In this document: piece by piece, positions 1-9,064 of the stretch
Layout: every line of letters starts with the position of its first letter
Numbering within the stretch: the stretch's first letter is position 1
Assembly (NCBI GenBank): GCA_041497675.1
Contig: JBGQGY010000016.1
Location: forward strand, 1-40,868
Origin: a bacterium
Lineage (GTDB): Bacteria > Sysuimicrobiota > Sysuimicrobiia > Sysuimicrobiales > Humicultoraceae
Direction: 5' to 3'
Length of the DNA stretch: 40,868 nt
Notes under the pieces: model-generated
The model's input: only the letters and a program-made list of their open reading frames with translations
Told to the model about the DNA's origin: nothing
Database searches by the model: none
Program-made: the position numbers and the translations under genes

Positions 1-544
1 GCTTTCTTGCGCCGATGACGACCGCACCGGCGGATGGATGCGGGTGTGGGTCGCCGATGTCCGGTGCCCACTCTGGCTGGCGCATCTTGGCGGCCAGACC
101 TTCGAACTCCCCCTTGCGGATATCGGGCAGCCGAACCCGGTCGGGGCCGGTCGCCGCTTCGGCGTAAAAGTACACGGGCACGCGCGTCTCGGACCACACC
201 ATCTCACCGACACGCCGCGCGAGGATCTTACACTCGTCCATCGTGGTCTGCCCGAGCGGCACGAAGGGAATCACGTCGACCGCGCCGATCCGGGGATGCT
301 CACCCTGGTGTGTCCGCAGATCGATCATCTCAACAGCCTTGCGCATGAGCGCGACGGCGGCGCCGGCGGCCGCATCGGGCTCGCCGGCGAACGTGATCAC
401 ACTGCGGTTATGGCTCTGGTCCGACTGCACGTTCAGCAGCCGGACGTCGGCGCGGTCGCGCACCGCAGCGGCGACCGCGTCAATCACCTCGGCGCGCCGC
501 CCCTCGCTGATGTTGGGGATACACTCAACGAGCCGACCGGGCAC
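1..544 (-). CDS. ftcD: Glutamate formimidoyltransferase, N-terminal part (runs off window start)
   Basis: Not in ORF track; manual minus-strand translation from GTG 544 gives MPGRLVECIPNISEGRR...SDQSHNRSVITF...IDLRTHQGEHPRIGAVDVIPFVP...LPDIRKGEFEGL...HPSAGAVVIGARK, typical FTCD motifs; GGAGG SD at 552-556. Confidence 0.93.
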   Translation of the reverse strand, partial: MPGRLVECIPNISEGRRAEVIDAVAAAVRDRADVRLLNVQSDQSHNRSVITFAGEPDAAAGAAVALMRKAVEMIDLRTHQGEHPRIGAVDVIPFVPLGQTTMDECKILARRVGEMVWSETRVPVYFYAEAATGPDRVRLPDIRKGEFEGLAAKMRQPEWAPDIGDPHPHPSAGAVVIGARK

Positions 545-575
545 GGGCGCACCTCCCGCAGACATGCGCGGTAAC

Positions 576-600
576 CTTCGTCACGACGGCAGGTTCTCCT
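576..600 (-). promoter_or_regulatory. sigmaH-like promoter motif upstream of ftcD (AGGA...CGAAG; AGG-N18-GAA)
   Basis: Minus strand AGG at 600-598, GAA at 579-577; the same motif recurs upstream of six other genes. Confidence 0.5.
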
Positions 601-631
601 CGACTCAAGGGCCAAACCCATACGTGGACGC

Positions 632-1213
632 ATGACACATCCTTCCGGCCAGAGACGGCTGGGGCGCCTCCTCGCGCTCGTGCTGCGGCATCGCCCCGAT
701 GAGATCGGGCTCGTGCTCGATGGTGGGGGCTTCGCGCCCCTGGATGCAGTGGCGCGCGCGCTGGCCACGCAACCCGGGTGGGAGTCGATCACCGTCGAGG
801 AGATCTTGCAGACGGCGCAGGCCGACACCAGGCGGTACGAAGTCCGGGATGGCTTGATCCGCGCCCGCTACGGGCACACCATTCCGGTCGAGCATCCCGG
901 CGAACCCGCCTTCCCGCCGGAGTGGCTCTATCACGGCACGGCGCCGGCGGCCGTTGAGGATCTGTTGGTAGCGGGGTTGCAACCGACGTCGAGACAGTAC
1001 GTCCATCTCTCGACCACACCCGCGGCCGCCCGTGAGGTGGGCCGCCGCCACGCACCCGATGCCGTGGTGGTCGTGATCCTGGCACGCCGCGCGCACGACG
1101 CAGACGTGCGCTTTCGATGCGTCGCGCCCGACCTCTATCTTACACGCTCAGTCCCTGCGCGGTTCCTCCTGCCGCCGGATGAGCCGCAGGACCGGGCGGG
1201 GACTCCCGCCTAG
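632..1213 (+). CDS. kptA: RNA 2'-phosphotransferase (Tpt1/KptA family)
   Basis: LRHRP, RRYE, IRARYGHT, LYHGT, RQYVHLS, GRRH motifs. Confidence 0.93.
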   Translation: MTHPSGQRRLGRLLALVLRHRPDEIGLVLDGGGFAPLDAVARALATQPGWESITVEEILQTAQADTRRYEVRDGLIRARYGHTIPVEHPGEPAFPPEWLYHGTAPAAVEDLLVAGLQPTSRQYVHLSTTPAAAREVGRRHAPDAVVVVILARRAHDADVRFRCVAPDLYLTRSVPARFLLPPDEPQDRAGTPA

Positions 1214-1665
1214 CGCTTCCGCGGTTTGGGCCGACCTGCAGGACGTTTCCGAGGCTTCGCGGTCTGCGATGGCCCGCGGGTCATCCGCTCAAGACTCTCA
1301 TCCGGCGTTTGGCCGTCGCTCTCTTCGACCCTCGAGAAGTGGATCACCGAGACCTCGTCGTCCAGCGCGACCGGCCGCTGATAGATCTTGGACAGGAACT
1401 CGATCAGATCTTCGTGCCGTCGCAGCTGCGGGTGATCGCGCTCGATCTCGCGCGGAGTGACTTCGGCAAGACGCTTGACCTCGATGCGATCGATGATGGC
1501 GGTGAAGATCTTGTGGCGGGTGCCGAACCGTTGACCGACGGTCACCCACACGACCTGACCTTCATCATACTTGTCCAGCTTGTTCCCGAGTCTGATCGTC
1601 GCGGTCTTACGCCCGGCTCGAAGGGCATCCGCAAACAGGGATGAGTAGAAGTTCAGGGCGAACAT
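1210..1665 (-). CDS. ASCH domain protein with basic C-terminal tail
   Basis: F..ALRAGRKTATIR (GxKxxTxR ASCH signature); GGAGG SD; tail KPRKRPAGRPKPRKR. Confidence 0.85.
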   Translation of the reverse strand: MFALNFYSSLFADALRAGRKTATIRLGNKLDKYDEGQVVWVTVGQRFGTRHKIFTAIIDRIEVKRLAEVTPREIERDHPQLRRHEDLIEFLSKIYQRPVALDDEVSVIHFSRVEESDGQTPDESLERMTRGPSQTAKPRKRPAGRPKPRKR

Positions 1666-1701
1666 ACGGACCTCCCGCTCCGGTCGAGATCGACCTGATG
1701 T

Positions 1702-3219
1702 TTACTGAAGGGCTCCAATCTCGGATTCCACAACATCGAGCACACCTCCGCCGCGCACGAGTGAGGCCGCGGCGGCCAGATCAGGCGCCAACACCCGGTC
1801 GTCCACCAGGGCCGGAATGACGTCCCGCACAGCCCGATACGCAGCGGCCGTCCCCCGACCCACGCGCTCTCCCGCGTGGAACTCGAGTGCCTGTGCGGCG
1901 CACAGCGTCTCGATGGCCACGAGCTGCTCGAGGTTTTCGACCACCTGGGCCGCCTTTCGCGCGGCCGAGGCGCCCATGCTGACGTGATCCTCCTGATTGG
2001 CGGATGTCGGAATGCTGTCCACGCTGGCCGGATGGGCCAGGATTTTGTTCTCGGACGCCAGGGCCGCCGCCGTGTACTGCGCCAGCATCAGACCGGCGTG
2101 CAGACCGCCGTCGCGGGCGAGAAACGCCGGCAGCCCGCTCAGCGAGGGATTCAGCAGGCGCTCGACCCGGCGTTCGACCATGACACCCAACCCGGCCATC
2201 GCGACCGCCAGGTAGTCCAATGCGAGGGCCACCGGCTGACCGTGGAAGTTGCCGCCCGACAGCACCAGATCGTCGTCGGGGAACAACAGCGGATTGTCGG
2301 TGGCGGCGTTGATCTCCACCTGAATCACGGCCATAGCCTGCGCGACCGCGTCTTTGACCGCGCCGTGCACCTGGGGCAGGCACCGCAGGGAGTAGGCATC
2401 CTGGACACGGTCGGGCGCGCTGTCGATCAACGTGCTGCCCTCCGTCATTCGCAGAATGTTGGACGCCGCCGCCTGCTGCCCCGGGTGCGGCCGCGCCTGG
2501 TGAAGACGCGGATGAAAGGCGGCCGATCGCCCGCGCAGGGTCTCCAGCGTCATCGCGCCCGCCACATCGGCGGCCAGGCAGCAGCGGGCCGCGCGGTGGA
2601 ACGACAGCGCGCCGATCCCGGTCATCAACTGCGTGCCGTTGACGAGCGCCACGCCCTCCTTGGCTCCCAGACGCAGCGGCGTCAGCCCCGCCGCGGTGAG
2701 GGCGCCGGAGGCCGGCTGCCGGCGACCGTCCACCATCACGTCACCCTCGCCGATAAGCGCCAGGGCGAGATGCGCCAGCGGCGCCAGATCTCCGCTGGCA
2801 CCCACCGACCCCTGCTCGGGCACGAGGGGATGAATACCACGGTTGAGACACGCCACCAGGAGGTCGATGACCTCCTGGCGTACCCCCGAGCACCCCAGCG
2901 CCAGCCCATGCGCGCGCAACAGCATCATCGCACGAACGACGTCGATCGGCAGCGGGGCGCCAACGCCCGCGGCGTGGCTACGGACGATATTCACCTGCAG
3001 GGTCGCGGTGTCGGCCGGCGAGATCCTCACTGAGGCGAACCGTCCCACACCCGTCGTGATCCCATACACGGGCGTGCCGGCGGCCACCAACCGGTCGACG
3101 AGCGCCCGCGACGCCTCCACGGCCACGCGGGAGCGCGCGGCCACCGTCACACGCGCGGCCTGCGTGGCCACGGCGACGACGTCGGCAATGGTCAGCGTCG
3201 CGCCGATTTCGACGATCAT
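1702..3219 (-). CDS. hutH: Histidine ammonia-lyase
   Basis: VYGITTGVG, SHAAGVG, GSVGASGDLAPLAH (MIO-forming ASG), VQDAYSLRC, GGNFHG, QEDHVSMG. Confidence 0.95.
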   Translation of the reverse strand: MIVEIGATLTIADVVAVATQAARVTVAARSRVAVEASRALVDRLVAAGTPVYGITTGVGRFASVRISPADTATLQVNIVRSHAAGVGAPLPIDVVRAMMLLRAHGLALGCSGVRQEVIDLLVACLNRGIHPLVPEQGSVGASGDLAPLAHLALALIGEGDVMVDGRRQPASGALTAAGLTPLRLGAKEGVALVNGTQLMTGIGALSFHRAARCCLAADVAGAMTLETLRGRSAAFHPRLHQARPHPGQQAAASNILRMTEGSTLIDSAPDRVQDAYSLRCLPQVHGAVKDAVAQAMAVIQVEINAATDNPLLFPDDDLVLSGGNFHGQPVALALDYLAVAMAGLGVMVERRVERLLNPSLSGLPAFLARDGGLHAGLMLAQYTAAALASENKILAHPASVDSIPTSANQEDHVSMGASAARKAAQVVENLEQLVAIETLCAAQALEFHAGERVGRGTAAAYRAVRDVIPALVDDRVLAPDLAAAASLVRGGGVLDVVESEIGALQ

Positions 3220-3231
3220 GAGCCCGGCCCG

Positions 3232-3723
3232 CTAGTCTTTCAACCGATCATCGACCCAGGTCATCGCGGGCTTGGCCTGGCCGCGGCTCAACTCGGCGAC
3301 CGCCAGGGTCTTGCCGTCTTTGACCAACGTCGCCATGACCTTGTCGAAGTCGCGCAGAGGAGACGGCGGAACCAGAATCGTGCTCGTGGCGATGACGGCT
3401 TCGGCCTCCATGAGTTCCCGGATCTCCGCTTTGGGCTTCTTGGGATTAAACTGCGTGGACTCGAGCGTGAAGGCAATCGATTTCTTCTCGCGGTCGACTT
3501 TGACATCTCGAACGGTGTTGGCCCCGGTGGCGTTCTCGACCAGGTTGCGGGCAATCATCTCCGGCGCGGGTGGCTTGCGTCGGTCCTCCTCCGCCCGGCG
3601 ATACCGGACGTCCCACGCAAACATGCCCGCGGTGACCACGAGCGCCACCACGATGTAGATGACGATCGGCAGCACGTTGATCCCGGTCTTACGGGTCACA
3701 CCCTTGGGACGCGTGCTGGCCAC
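3232..3723 (-). CDS. Hypothetical single-pass membrane protein
   Basis: One hydrophobic segment (VLPIVIYIVVALVVTAGMFAW); GGAGG at 3732-3736 favours GTG 3723 over the track start 3738. Confidence 0.7.
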   Translation of the reverse strand: MASTRPKGVTRKTGINVLPIVIYIVVALVVTAGMFAWDVRYRRAEEDRRKPPAPEMIARNLVENATGANTVRDVKVDREKKSIAFTLESTQFNPKKPKAEIRELMEAEAVIATSTILVPPSPLRDFDKVMATLVKDGKTLAVAELSRGQAKPAMTWVDDRLKD

Positions 3724-3753
3724 CAATGCCACCTCCACGGGGAATCGAAAGGG

Positions 3754-3779
3754 TATTCCACTCCACGTAGGGACTCCCT
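3754..3779 (-). promoter_or_regulatory. sigmaH-like promoter motif (AGGGA...GGAATA; AGG-N18-GAA)
   Basis: AGG 3779-3777, GAATA 3758-3754. Confidence 0.55.
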
Positions 3780-3836
3780 GCCGGGTGCGGCGCGCCGCAG
3801 TTGGCGACCGTTCGAGGGCGACCGCTCGAGAGCGGG

Positions 3837-4439
3837 TCAGCGGGTGAACGTGATGGCCGTGCTGGTGGTCAGCGTGCCCCGGTACAGGAACGCGATCTGC
3901 CGCCGCGCCGCCTCCATGTCAAACGGGGCCAGGGCCGAGATGGCGTCGACGGGGACGACCACACGGTACCCTCGGAGCGCGGCGCTCCCCGCGGTGTGCA
4001 GCACGCAGATGTTGGCGACCGTTCCACACACAATCACATGTTGAACCTGAGCCAGCCGAAGTTCGTGATCGAGAGACGTCCCGAAGAAACCATCATATCG
4101 CAGCTTTCTGATGATCCGGTCGCCCGGCGCCGGTGTCAGCGCGTCAACGATCTGCCACCCCCAGGTGCCTTCGAGCACGTGCTCGCCCCAGATGGGGAAT
4201 TCCGGATCGCCGGGGCCGTGGGTGTCCTGCGTGAAGAACACCCGCGCCCCCGCGCTGTGGACCTGTGCCAGGAGTCGCTGGATGACCGGCACCGTCGCCG
4301 CCGCGTCGGCCACCACCAGGGTTCCCCCCGGCGTCACAAAATCGTTCTGCATGTCCACGACGATCAGCGCGGCGGCGTGCGCCGGCAGGCTCACGGCCTG
4401 CTCGATCGCATACTCCGGGATCTCGACGGTTCTCGCCAT
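3837..4439 (-). CDS. Isochorismatase-family cysteine hydrolase (nicotinamidase-like)
   Basis: VVDMQNDF, KLRYDGFFGT, GTVANICV (Asp-Lys-Cys triad); start trimmed to MARTVE. Confidence 0.9.
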   Translation of the reverse strand: MARTVEIPEYAIEQAVSLPAHAAALIVVDMQNDFVTPGGTLVVADAAATVPVIQRLLAQVHSAGARVFFTQDTHGPGDPEFPIWGEHVLEGTWGWQIVDALTPAPGDRIIRKLRYDGFFGTSLDHELRLAQVQHVIVCGTVANICVLHTAGSAALRGYRVVVPVDAISALAPFDMEAARRQIAFLYRGTLTTSTAITFTR

Positions 4440-4448
4440 ACGAAATGG

Positions 4449-4474
4449 ATTCGCGCCAGGGACTGGAGGCCCCT
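4449..4474 (-). promoter_or_regulatory. sigmaH-like promoter motif (AGG-N19-GAAT), near-leaderless
   Basis: AGG 4474-4472, GAAT 4452-4449, ATG at 4439, no SD. Confidence 0.5.
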
Positions 4475-4508
4475 GGCGCGAGGAGTGCAACAGGAACGGC
4501 GGCGCCGT

Positions 4509-6422
4509 CTACCCAGAGGCCTCCGGCTTGGCCCGCAGCGGCGGCACCGCGGTCTCTGGACGGACGCGCGGTTCGCCGTCGACCGCCGGCTCGACCTGCC
4601 CCAACGGCGGGGCTTGCGGCTCGGGCAAGAGCGGCTCGCCGCGATAGAGCTTCTCGATTTGCTCGGCCTCCAGGCTCTCACGCTCGAGCAGCGCTTTCGC
4701 GGTGCGCTCCAGCGCGTCGCGATTCGAGAGAATCCCCCGGCGGGCCTGCTCGTAGCACTCGTCGATGATCCGGCGAATCTCCTTGTCGATCTCGTAGGCA
4801 ATCTCTTCGCTATAGTTGCGGGTTTCGACCAGATCGCGTCCCAAAAAGACGGGGCCGTGCCGCCTGCCCAGCGAGAGCGGCCCCAGTTTGTCGCTCATAC
4901 CGAACTCGGTCACCATCTTCCGGGCCAGTTCGGTCGACTGTTCGAAGTCGTTCTGAGCGCCCGTGGTGACTTCGCCAAAGACGATCTCTTCGGCCACGCG
5001 CCCACCAAGCCCGACGGCGATCCTGGCCATGATCTCTTGCCGCGTGTACGTGTACTTGTCATCGGCCGGCGCGTACATGACGTAGCCCAGCGCCATCCCG
5101 CGCGGCAGGATCGTCACCTTGTGCGGTGGGTCGGCTCCCGGCAAGACCTTCGCGAGCAGCGCGTGACCCGCCTCGTGATACGCCGTCAGCGTGCGCTCCT
5201 TGGGCGTCAGGATCTTGCTGCGGCGCTGCGGCCCGGCGATGACCCGGTCGATCGCCTCGTCGAACTCCGGACCGGTGATCTTCTTCTTGTTCCGGCGCGC
5301 GGCGAGCAGCGCGGCCTCGTTGACCGTGTTGGCCAGATCGGCGCCGGAGAATCCGGGCGTGCGCTTGGCGATCGCGTCGAGGTTGACGTCCTCACCGACC
5401 GGCTTGCCGCGCGCGTGTACTTCGAGGATCGCCCGCCGCCCCTTCGTATCGGGGTTGTCGACGACGATCCGGCGGTCAAACCGTCCCGGCCGCAGCAACG
5501 CGGGGTCCAGGATGTCCGGCCGGTTCGTCGCGGCGATCACGATGATGCCGTTGTTCGGATCGAACCCATCCATCTCCACGAGCAGCTGGTTGAGGGTCTG
5601 CTCGCGCTCGTCGTGGCCGCCACCGAGTCCGGCGCCGCGCTGTCGGCCGACCGCGTCGATCTCATCGATGAACACCAGACACGGCGCGCTCTTCTTCGCC
5701 TGATCGAACAGGTCGCGCACGCGCGACGCCCCGACGCCCACGAACATCTCGACAAACTCCGATCCCGAGATCGAGAAGAACGGCACAGCCGCCTCGCCGG
5801 CGATGGCTTTGGCCAGCAGCGTCTTCCCGCACCCCGGCGGGCCGACAAGCAGCACGCCTCGCGGAATCTTCGCGCCGAGCGCCTGAAACTTCTTCGGGTA
5901 CTTCAGAAACTCGATAACTTCCTGGAGTTCCTCCTTGGGCTCATCCACGCCCGCCACGTCGGCAAACGTCACCTTTGGCTTGTTGTCAGTATGCAGCCGT
6001 GCGCGACTCTTGCCAAAGGACATCGCCTGGTTGCTGCCGGACTGCGCCTGGCGCAGCATCAACATCCACAAACCGACGAGCAGCAAGATGGGAAGCAGCG
6101 TCGACAAGAGACTGGGCCACAGGCTCGACCGCGACCGCGCCTCGACACTGATGCGGACGCCCTTCGATTTCAGCAATTCAATGTAGGACGTATCGCCCTG
6201 CGGAATATAGACCGTGAATTGCTGGCCGTCTTTGAGATGACCGATCACCACGCCGTCTCCGATCTCGACGCTGGTCACCTGTCCGGCCTGCACCTGCTCG
6301 ATGAACGTGCTATACGCGAACTCCGCGCGCGGCGTCCGGCGCCACAACTGGAAGGCGACGGGGAATGCCACGAGCAGGATCACGGCCCACACGATGAGGT
6401 TGCGTACGTATTTGTTCGCCAC
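4509..6422 (-). CDS. ftsH: ATP-dependent zinc metalloprotease FtsH
   Basis: Two TM segments, Walker A GPPGCGKT, Walker [39 protein letters not shown] 6422 follows GGAGAGG. Confidence 0.97.
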   Translation of the reverse strand: MANKYVRNLIVWAVILLVAFPVAFQLWRRTPRAEFAYSTFIEQVQAGQVTSVEIGDGVVIGHLKDGQQFTVYIPQGDTSYIELLKSKGVRISVEARSRSSLWPSLLSTLLPILLLVGLWMLMLRQAQSGSNQAMSFGKSRARLHTDNKPKVTFADVAGVDEPKEELQEVIEFLKYPKKFQALGAKIPRGVLLVGPPGCGKTLLAKAIAGEAAVPFFSISGSEFVEMFVGVGASRVRDLFDQAKKSAPCLVFIDEIDAVGRQRGAGLGGGHDEREQTLNQLLVEMDGFDPNNGIIVIAATNRPDILDPALLRPGRFDRRIVVDNPDTKGRRAILEVHARGKPVGEDVNLDAIAKRTPGFSGADLANTVNEAALLAARRNKKKITGPEFDEAIDRVIAGPQRRSKILTPKERTLTAYHEAGHALLAKVLPGADPPHKVTILPRGMALGYVMYAPADDKYTYTRQEIMARIAVGLGGRVAEEIVFGEVTTGAQNDFEQSTELARKMVTEFGMSDKLGPLSLGRRHGPVFLGRDLVETRNYSEEIAYEIDKEIRRIIDECYEQARRGILSNRDALERTAKALLERESLEAEQIEKLYRGEPLLPEPQAPPLGQVEPAVDGEPRVRPETAVPPLRAKPEASG

Positions 6423-6490
6423 TGACAGACGATCCTCTCCGGCGCGATCACACGTAGGCGCCATGCGCCCGGCGCCCGATCGCGCCCCGA

Positions 6491-7513
6491 TTATATCATC
6501 CGGCTGGATGCGCGAGCGATGGCCACCCCGGTGGACGTCCCATGCGCGCGAAGACCGGGCAGATCCGCGCGCTCTCCGGGCCGGTGTCGTTCGGCCATCA
6601 AACGAATCCGTTCAATATGGACGAAGGCCAGGTCTCGAATGTTCCCGCCGGCGGCCTGCAGCGCACGGTGTGCAACTCTGCGCTGCAGCGCCGGCGCAAG
6701 GGCGCGAAACCCGGCCGCATCGATCACCACGCCGGCTCCCGACCGTCTGACGACGTTCGCTTCCGCGTCCGCCGCCAGGCCATCGAGCAGCGCCGCATCG
6801 GCGGCGGCCTGTTGGGCCAGCCGTCGCAGCGCAGCCTTCACACCAGCATTATACCCCGTCAGGTGTGGGAGCAAGTCCTGCCTGATGCGGTTGCGCAGCA
6901 TGCGCCGGGCGCGATTGGTCGGATCGGTTCGCCAGCGCAAGCGTTCGGCGGTGAGATAGGCCACGATCTCTTCGTGCCAGACATCCAGCAACGGTCGGAT
7001 CACCAACAACCCCTCGTGCCGTCGCACCGGGGGCATCCCGGCCAGACCGTCGGCGCTCGCCCCCCGCACGAGCCACAACAGCACCGTCTCAACCTGGTCA
7101 TCGGCGGTATGCCCCGTCGCAATATGGGTGGCGCCGATCCGCCGGGCCACCTGCGCGAGCGCCGCGTAGCGCCGCGCCCGTGCCGCCTCCTCGAGGGTGA
7201 GCCGCCGCCGTCCCGCAAACCCGCGGACGTCGACGCGGCGCACCGTCAGGGGCAGGCCCCACCCCTTTGCAATCGACCGGACGAAGCGCGCGTGCGCCGC
7301 CGCGGATCGGTGCAGACCGTGGTCGATGTGCACCACGTGGAGGCGCAGCCGCAACTCTGGCTGCAACCGACGCAACACGTGGAGCAGCGCGATCGAGTCG
7401 GGTCCGCCCGAGGTCGCGACGACGACGGTCTCGTCGCCGCCGAGCATCCGCTCGCGCGCCATAGTCTCGCGCACCCTGGGGAGCACTTGCGATGGTGGAA
7501 GACGCGCCGGCAT
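6491..7513 (-). CDS. tilS: tRNA(Ile)-lysidine synthetase, short form
   Basis: SGGPDS PP-loop, HIDHGL, EEAARARRY, TGHTADDQVET, IRPLL, DPTN, RNRIR; upstream part of the track ORF crosses the tRNA and is spurious; alternative starts at 7486 and 7462. Confidence 0.93.
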   Translation of the reverse strand: MPARLPPSQVLPRVRETMARERMLGGDETVVVATSGGPDSIALLHVLRRLQPELRLRLHVVHIDHGLHRSAAAHARFVRSIAKGWGLPLTVRRVDVRGFAGRRRLTLEEAARARRYAALAQVARRIGATHIATGHTADDQVETVLLWLVRGASADGLAGMPPVRRHEGLLVIRPLLDVWHEEIVAYLTAERLRWRTDPTNRARRMLRNRIRQDLLPHLTGYNAGVKAALRRLAQQAAADAALLDGLAADAEANVVRRSGAGVVIDAAGFRALAPALQRRVAHRALQAAGGNIRDLAFVHIERIRLMAERHRPGERADLPGLRAHGTSTGVAIARASSRMI

Positions 7514-7519
7514 GAAGAT

Positions 7520-7596
7520 TGGTGGCGGCGGGCAGACTCGAACTGCCGACTCCGCGGGTATGAGCCGCGTGCTCTGACCAACTGAGCTACGCCGCC
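7520..7596 (-). tRNA. tRNA with CAT anticodon, most likely elongator tRNA-Met
   Basis: GGCGGCG TA GCTC AGTTGGTCA GAGC A CGCGG CT-CAT-AC CCGCG GAGTC GGCAG TTCGAGT CTGCC CGCCGCC A CCA; 77 nt cloverleaf with encoded CCA; G1-C72 paired, so not initiator. Confidence 0.95.
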
Positions 7597-7607
7597 ACGA
7601 CTGTCCC

Positions 7608-7636
7608 ATTATAGCGCGGGGCCCGATGGCCGTCCA
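7608..7636 (-). promoter_or_regulatory. sigma70-type promoter of tRNA-tilS-ftsH
   Basis: TGGACG (7636-7631), 17 bp, TATAAT (7613-7608), just upstream of the tRNA 5' end. Confidence 0.75.
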
Positions 7637-7666
7637 CGGATGCGTGCCGACGGGTACTATCTTAGA

Positions 7667-9028
7667 ATGGGTGACAACGTGACGCGTCGGTTCGCCATCA
7701 TCTGGCTGGTCATCCTCGCGGGGCTCGCGACCGGGTGTGGATCGCTCGGCGGCATGGCGGGCCCTTCCGCCGGAGTGCCGGAGAACGCGCCGCCCCTGGT
7801 CACGACCGTCAGTCCGCCCGCGGACGCGGCGGCGCCGGCTGACAGCCCCATCACCGTCACGTTCAGCAAACCGATGAGCCCTGCAACCCTGGAGATCAGC
7901 GCGGAGCCCGCCGTGGTCTTCAAACCGCCCGCATGGTCGGAGGACGGGCGCACCGCGAGCGTGCGCGCCGATCCTCCGCTCACCGCGGGCATCCGGTACG
8001 CCGTCCGGGTCCGGGCCCGGGACCGGCTGGGAAATGCGCTGGTCTCGGATTACGTCTGGAGCTTTTCCGCCACCGTGGCGTCCGGGGTCAGCGGGGAAGG
8101 CCATCTGCGCATCGCGGAGCGCGTCGAGATCGGCCTGGACGCGCGCGTGTTCACGCTGTATGCCGCGCTGCTGGCTGCCGGGTCCACCACCATCGGAGAG
8201 CCCGGCCCGGCGTACGCCGCGCTGAAGACCAAGATGGGCGGCCTTCCGGCGAGGGTCGTCGACCCGGTCCGCCGCTACTTTGCCGACCACCCCGCGCGGT
8301 TGGAACAGCACGTCGCCGCCGCGCTCGCGCTTTCACCGCCTCCAGAGTTCCGCGAGACCGGCGGGACCCTGGGGCTGGGACCACTCCTCTCCCGCTTCTA
8401 CGCCGACGCCAACGTGGCCGACGTGTGGAAGAGCGACGAGAAGGCCAACGCGGCCGCATTGGAGGCGTATCGTCGGGGTGCGCCCGCCGTGCTTGGCCGC
8501 GCGGCCGATTTCATGAGAGTCACCGCCGTCCCTGGCGGGCGGATCACGATCATCCCCATGTCGGGCGCGGGCCAAGGACAGGGGGTGTTAGTCCGTCAGG
8601 GCGACCGTCTCGTTGTCGTCGTTGCGGCGGGCGAGAGCGTCGATCGGCTCGGGCTGCTGCGTCCGTTCGTGCGGCTGCTGTTGGAACCGGTGCGGGGGAA
8701 AGCGCTGGATCACCTGCAACGGACGGAGCCGATCTTCGCCCAGACCCGCGAGGTGGCCGCCCGCTTTGGCTACCGGACGTGGCACGACGTCGTGATCGAG
8801 AGTCTGGCGGACGCCACCGCGGTCCGCCTGGTCCTCTCGGGCGATGACGCCACCGCGGCCCTGCGCGCCTCGTACGCCCGCGGGCTGGTCCTCGTGGATC
8901 ACTTTACCGAGCAGATGGCCGACTACGAGCGCGGCACGGTCCCGCTCGCCGACGCGTACTCCGGCCTGCTGGCCGCGGTCAAGGTCGAGGCGGAACTGAA
9001 ACGCTGGGCCGAGCGGAAGCCGAACTAA
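7667..9028 (+). CDS. Lipoprotein with Ig-like (Big_5-type) domain and helical DUF4932-like domain
   Basis: Lipobox LATGC; VSPPADA...ITVTFSKPM...PLTAGIRYAVRV...DRLGNAL..DYVWSF is Big_5-like; TACTAT 6 nt before ATG 7667 suggests a leaderless start. Confidence 0.75.
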   Translation: MGDNVTRRFAIIWLVILAGLATGCGSLGGMAGPSAGVPENAPPLVTTVSPPADAAAPADSPITVTFSKPMSPATLEISAEPAVVFKPPAWSEDGRTASVRADPPLTAGIRYAVRVRARDRLGNALVSDYVWSFSATVASGVSGEGHLRIAERVEIGLDARVFTLYAALLAAGSTTIGEPGPAYAALKTKMGGLPARVVDPVRRYFADHPARLEQHVAAALALSPPPEFRETGGTLGLGPLLSRFYADANVADVWKSDEKANAAALEAYRRGAPAVLGRAADFMRVTAVPGGRITIIPMSGAGQGQGVLVRQGDRLVVVVAAGESVDRLGLLRPFVRLLLEPVRGKALDHLQRTEPIFAQTREVAARFGYRTWHDVVIESLADATAVRLVLSGDDATAALRASYARGLVLVDHFTEQMADYERGTVPLADAYSGLLAAVKVEAELKRWAERKPN

Positions 9029-9064
9029 TCGCGTGCCTGGGACGACGCTACAGGGCGCACCCGG

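Noticed and set aside
38..574. 178-aa plus-strand ORF
   Set aside because: Antisense shadow of ftcD, which has clear family motifs on the minus strand
3801..6425. 874-aa plus-strand ORF
   Set aside because: Antisense shadow of ftsH and the isochorismatase; such long reverse ORFs are expected at high GC; no motifs
7520..7596. tRNA as an integration site for a mobile element
   Set aside because: No integrase and no duplicated tRNA 3' end seen; housekeeping tilS follows immediately
7514..8311. Apparent 265-aa N-terminal extension of tilS
   Set aside because: Runs through the tRNA, its promoter and the opposite-strand lipoprotein gene
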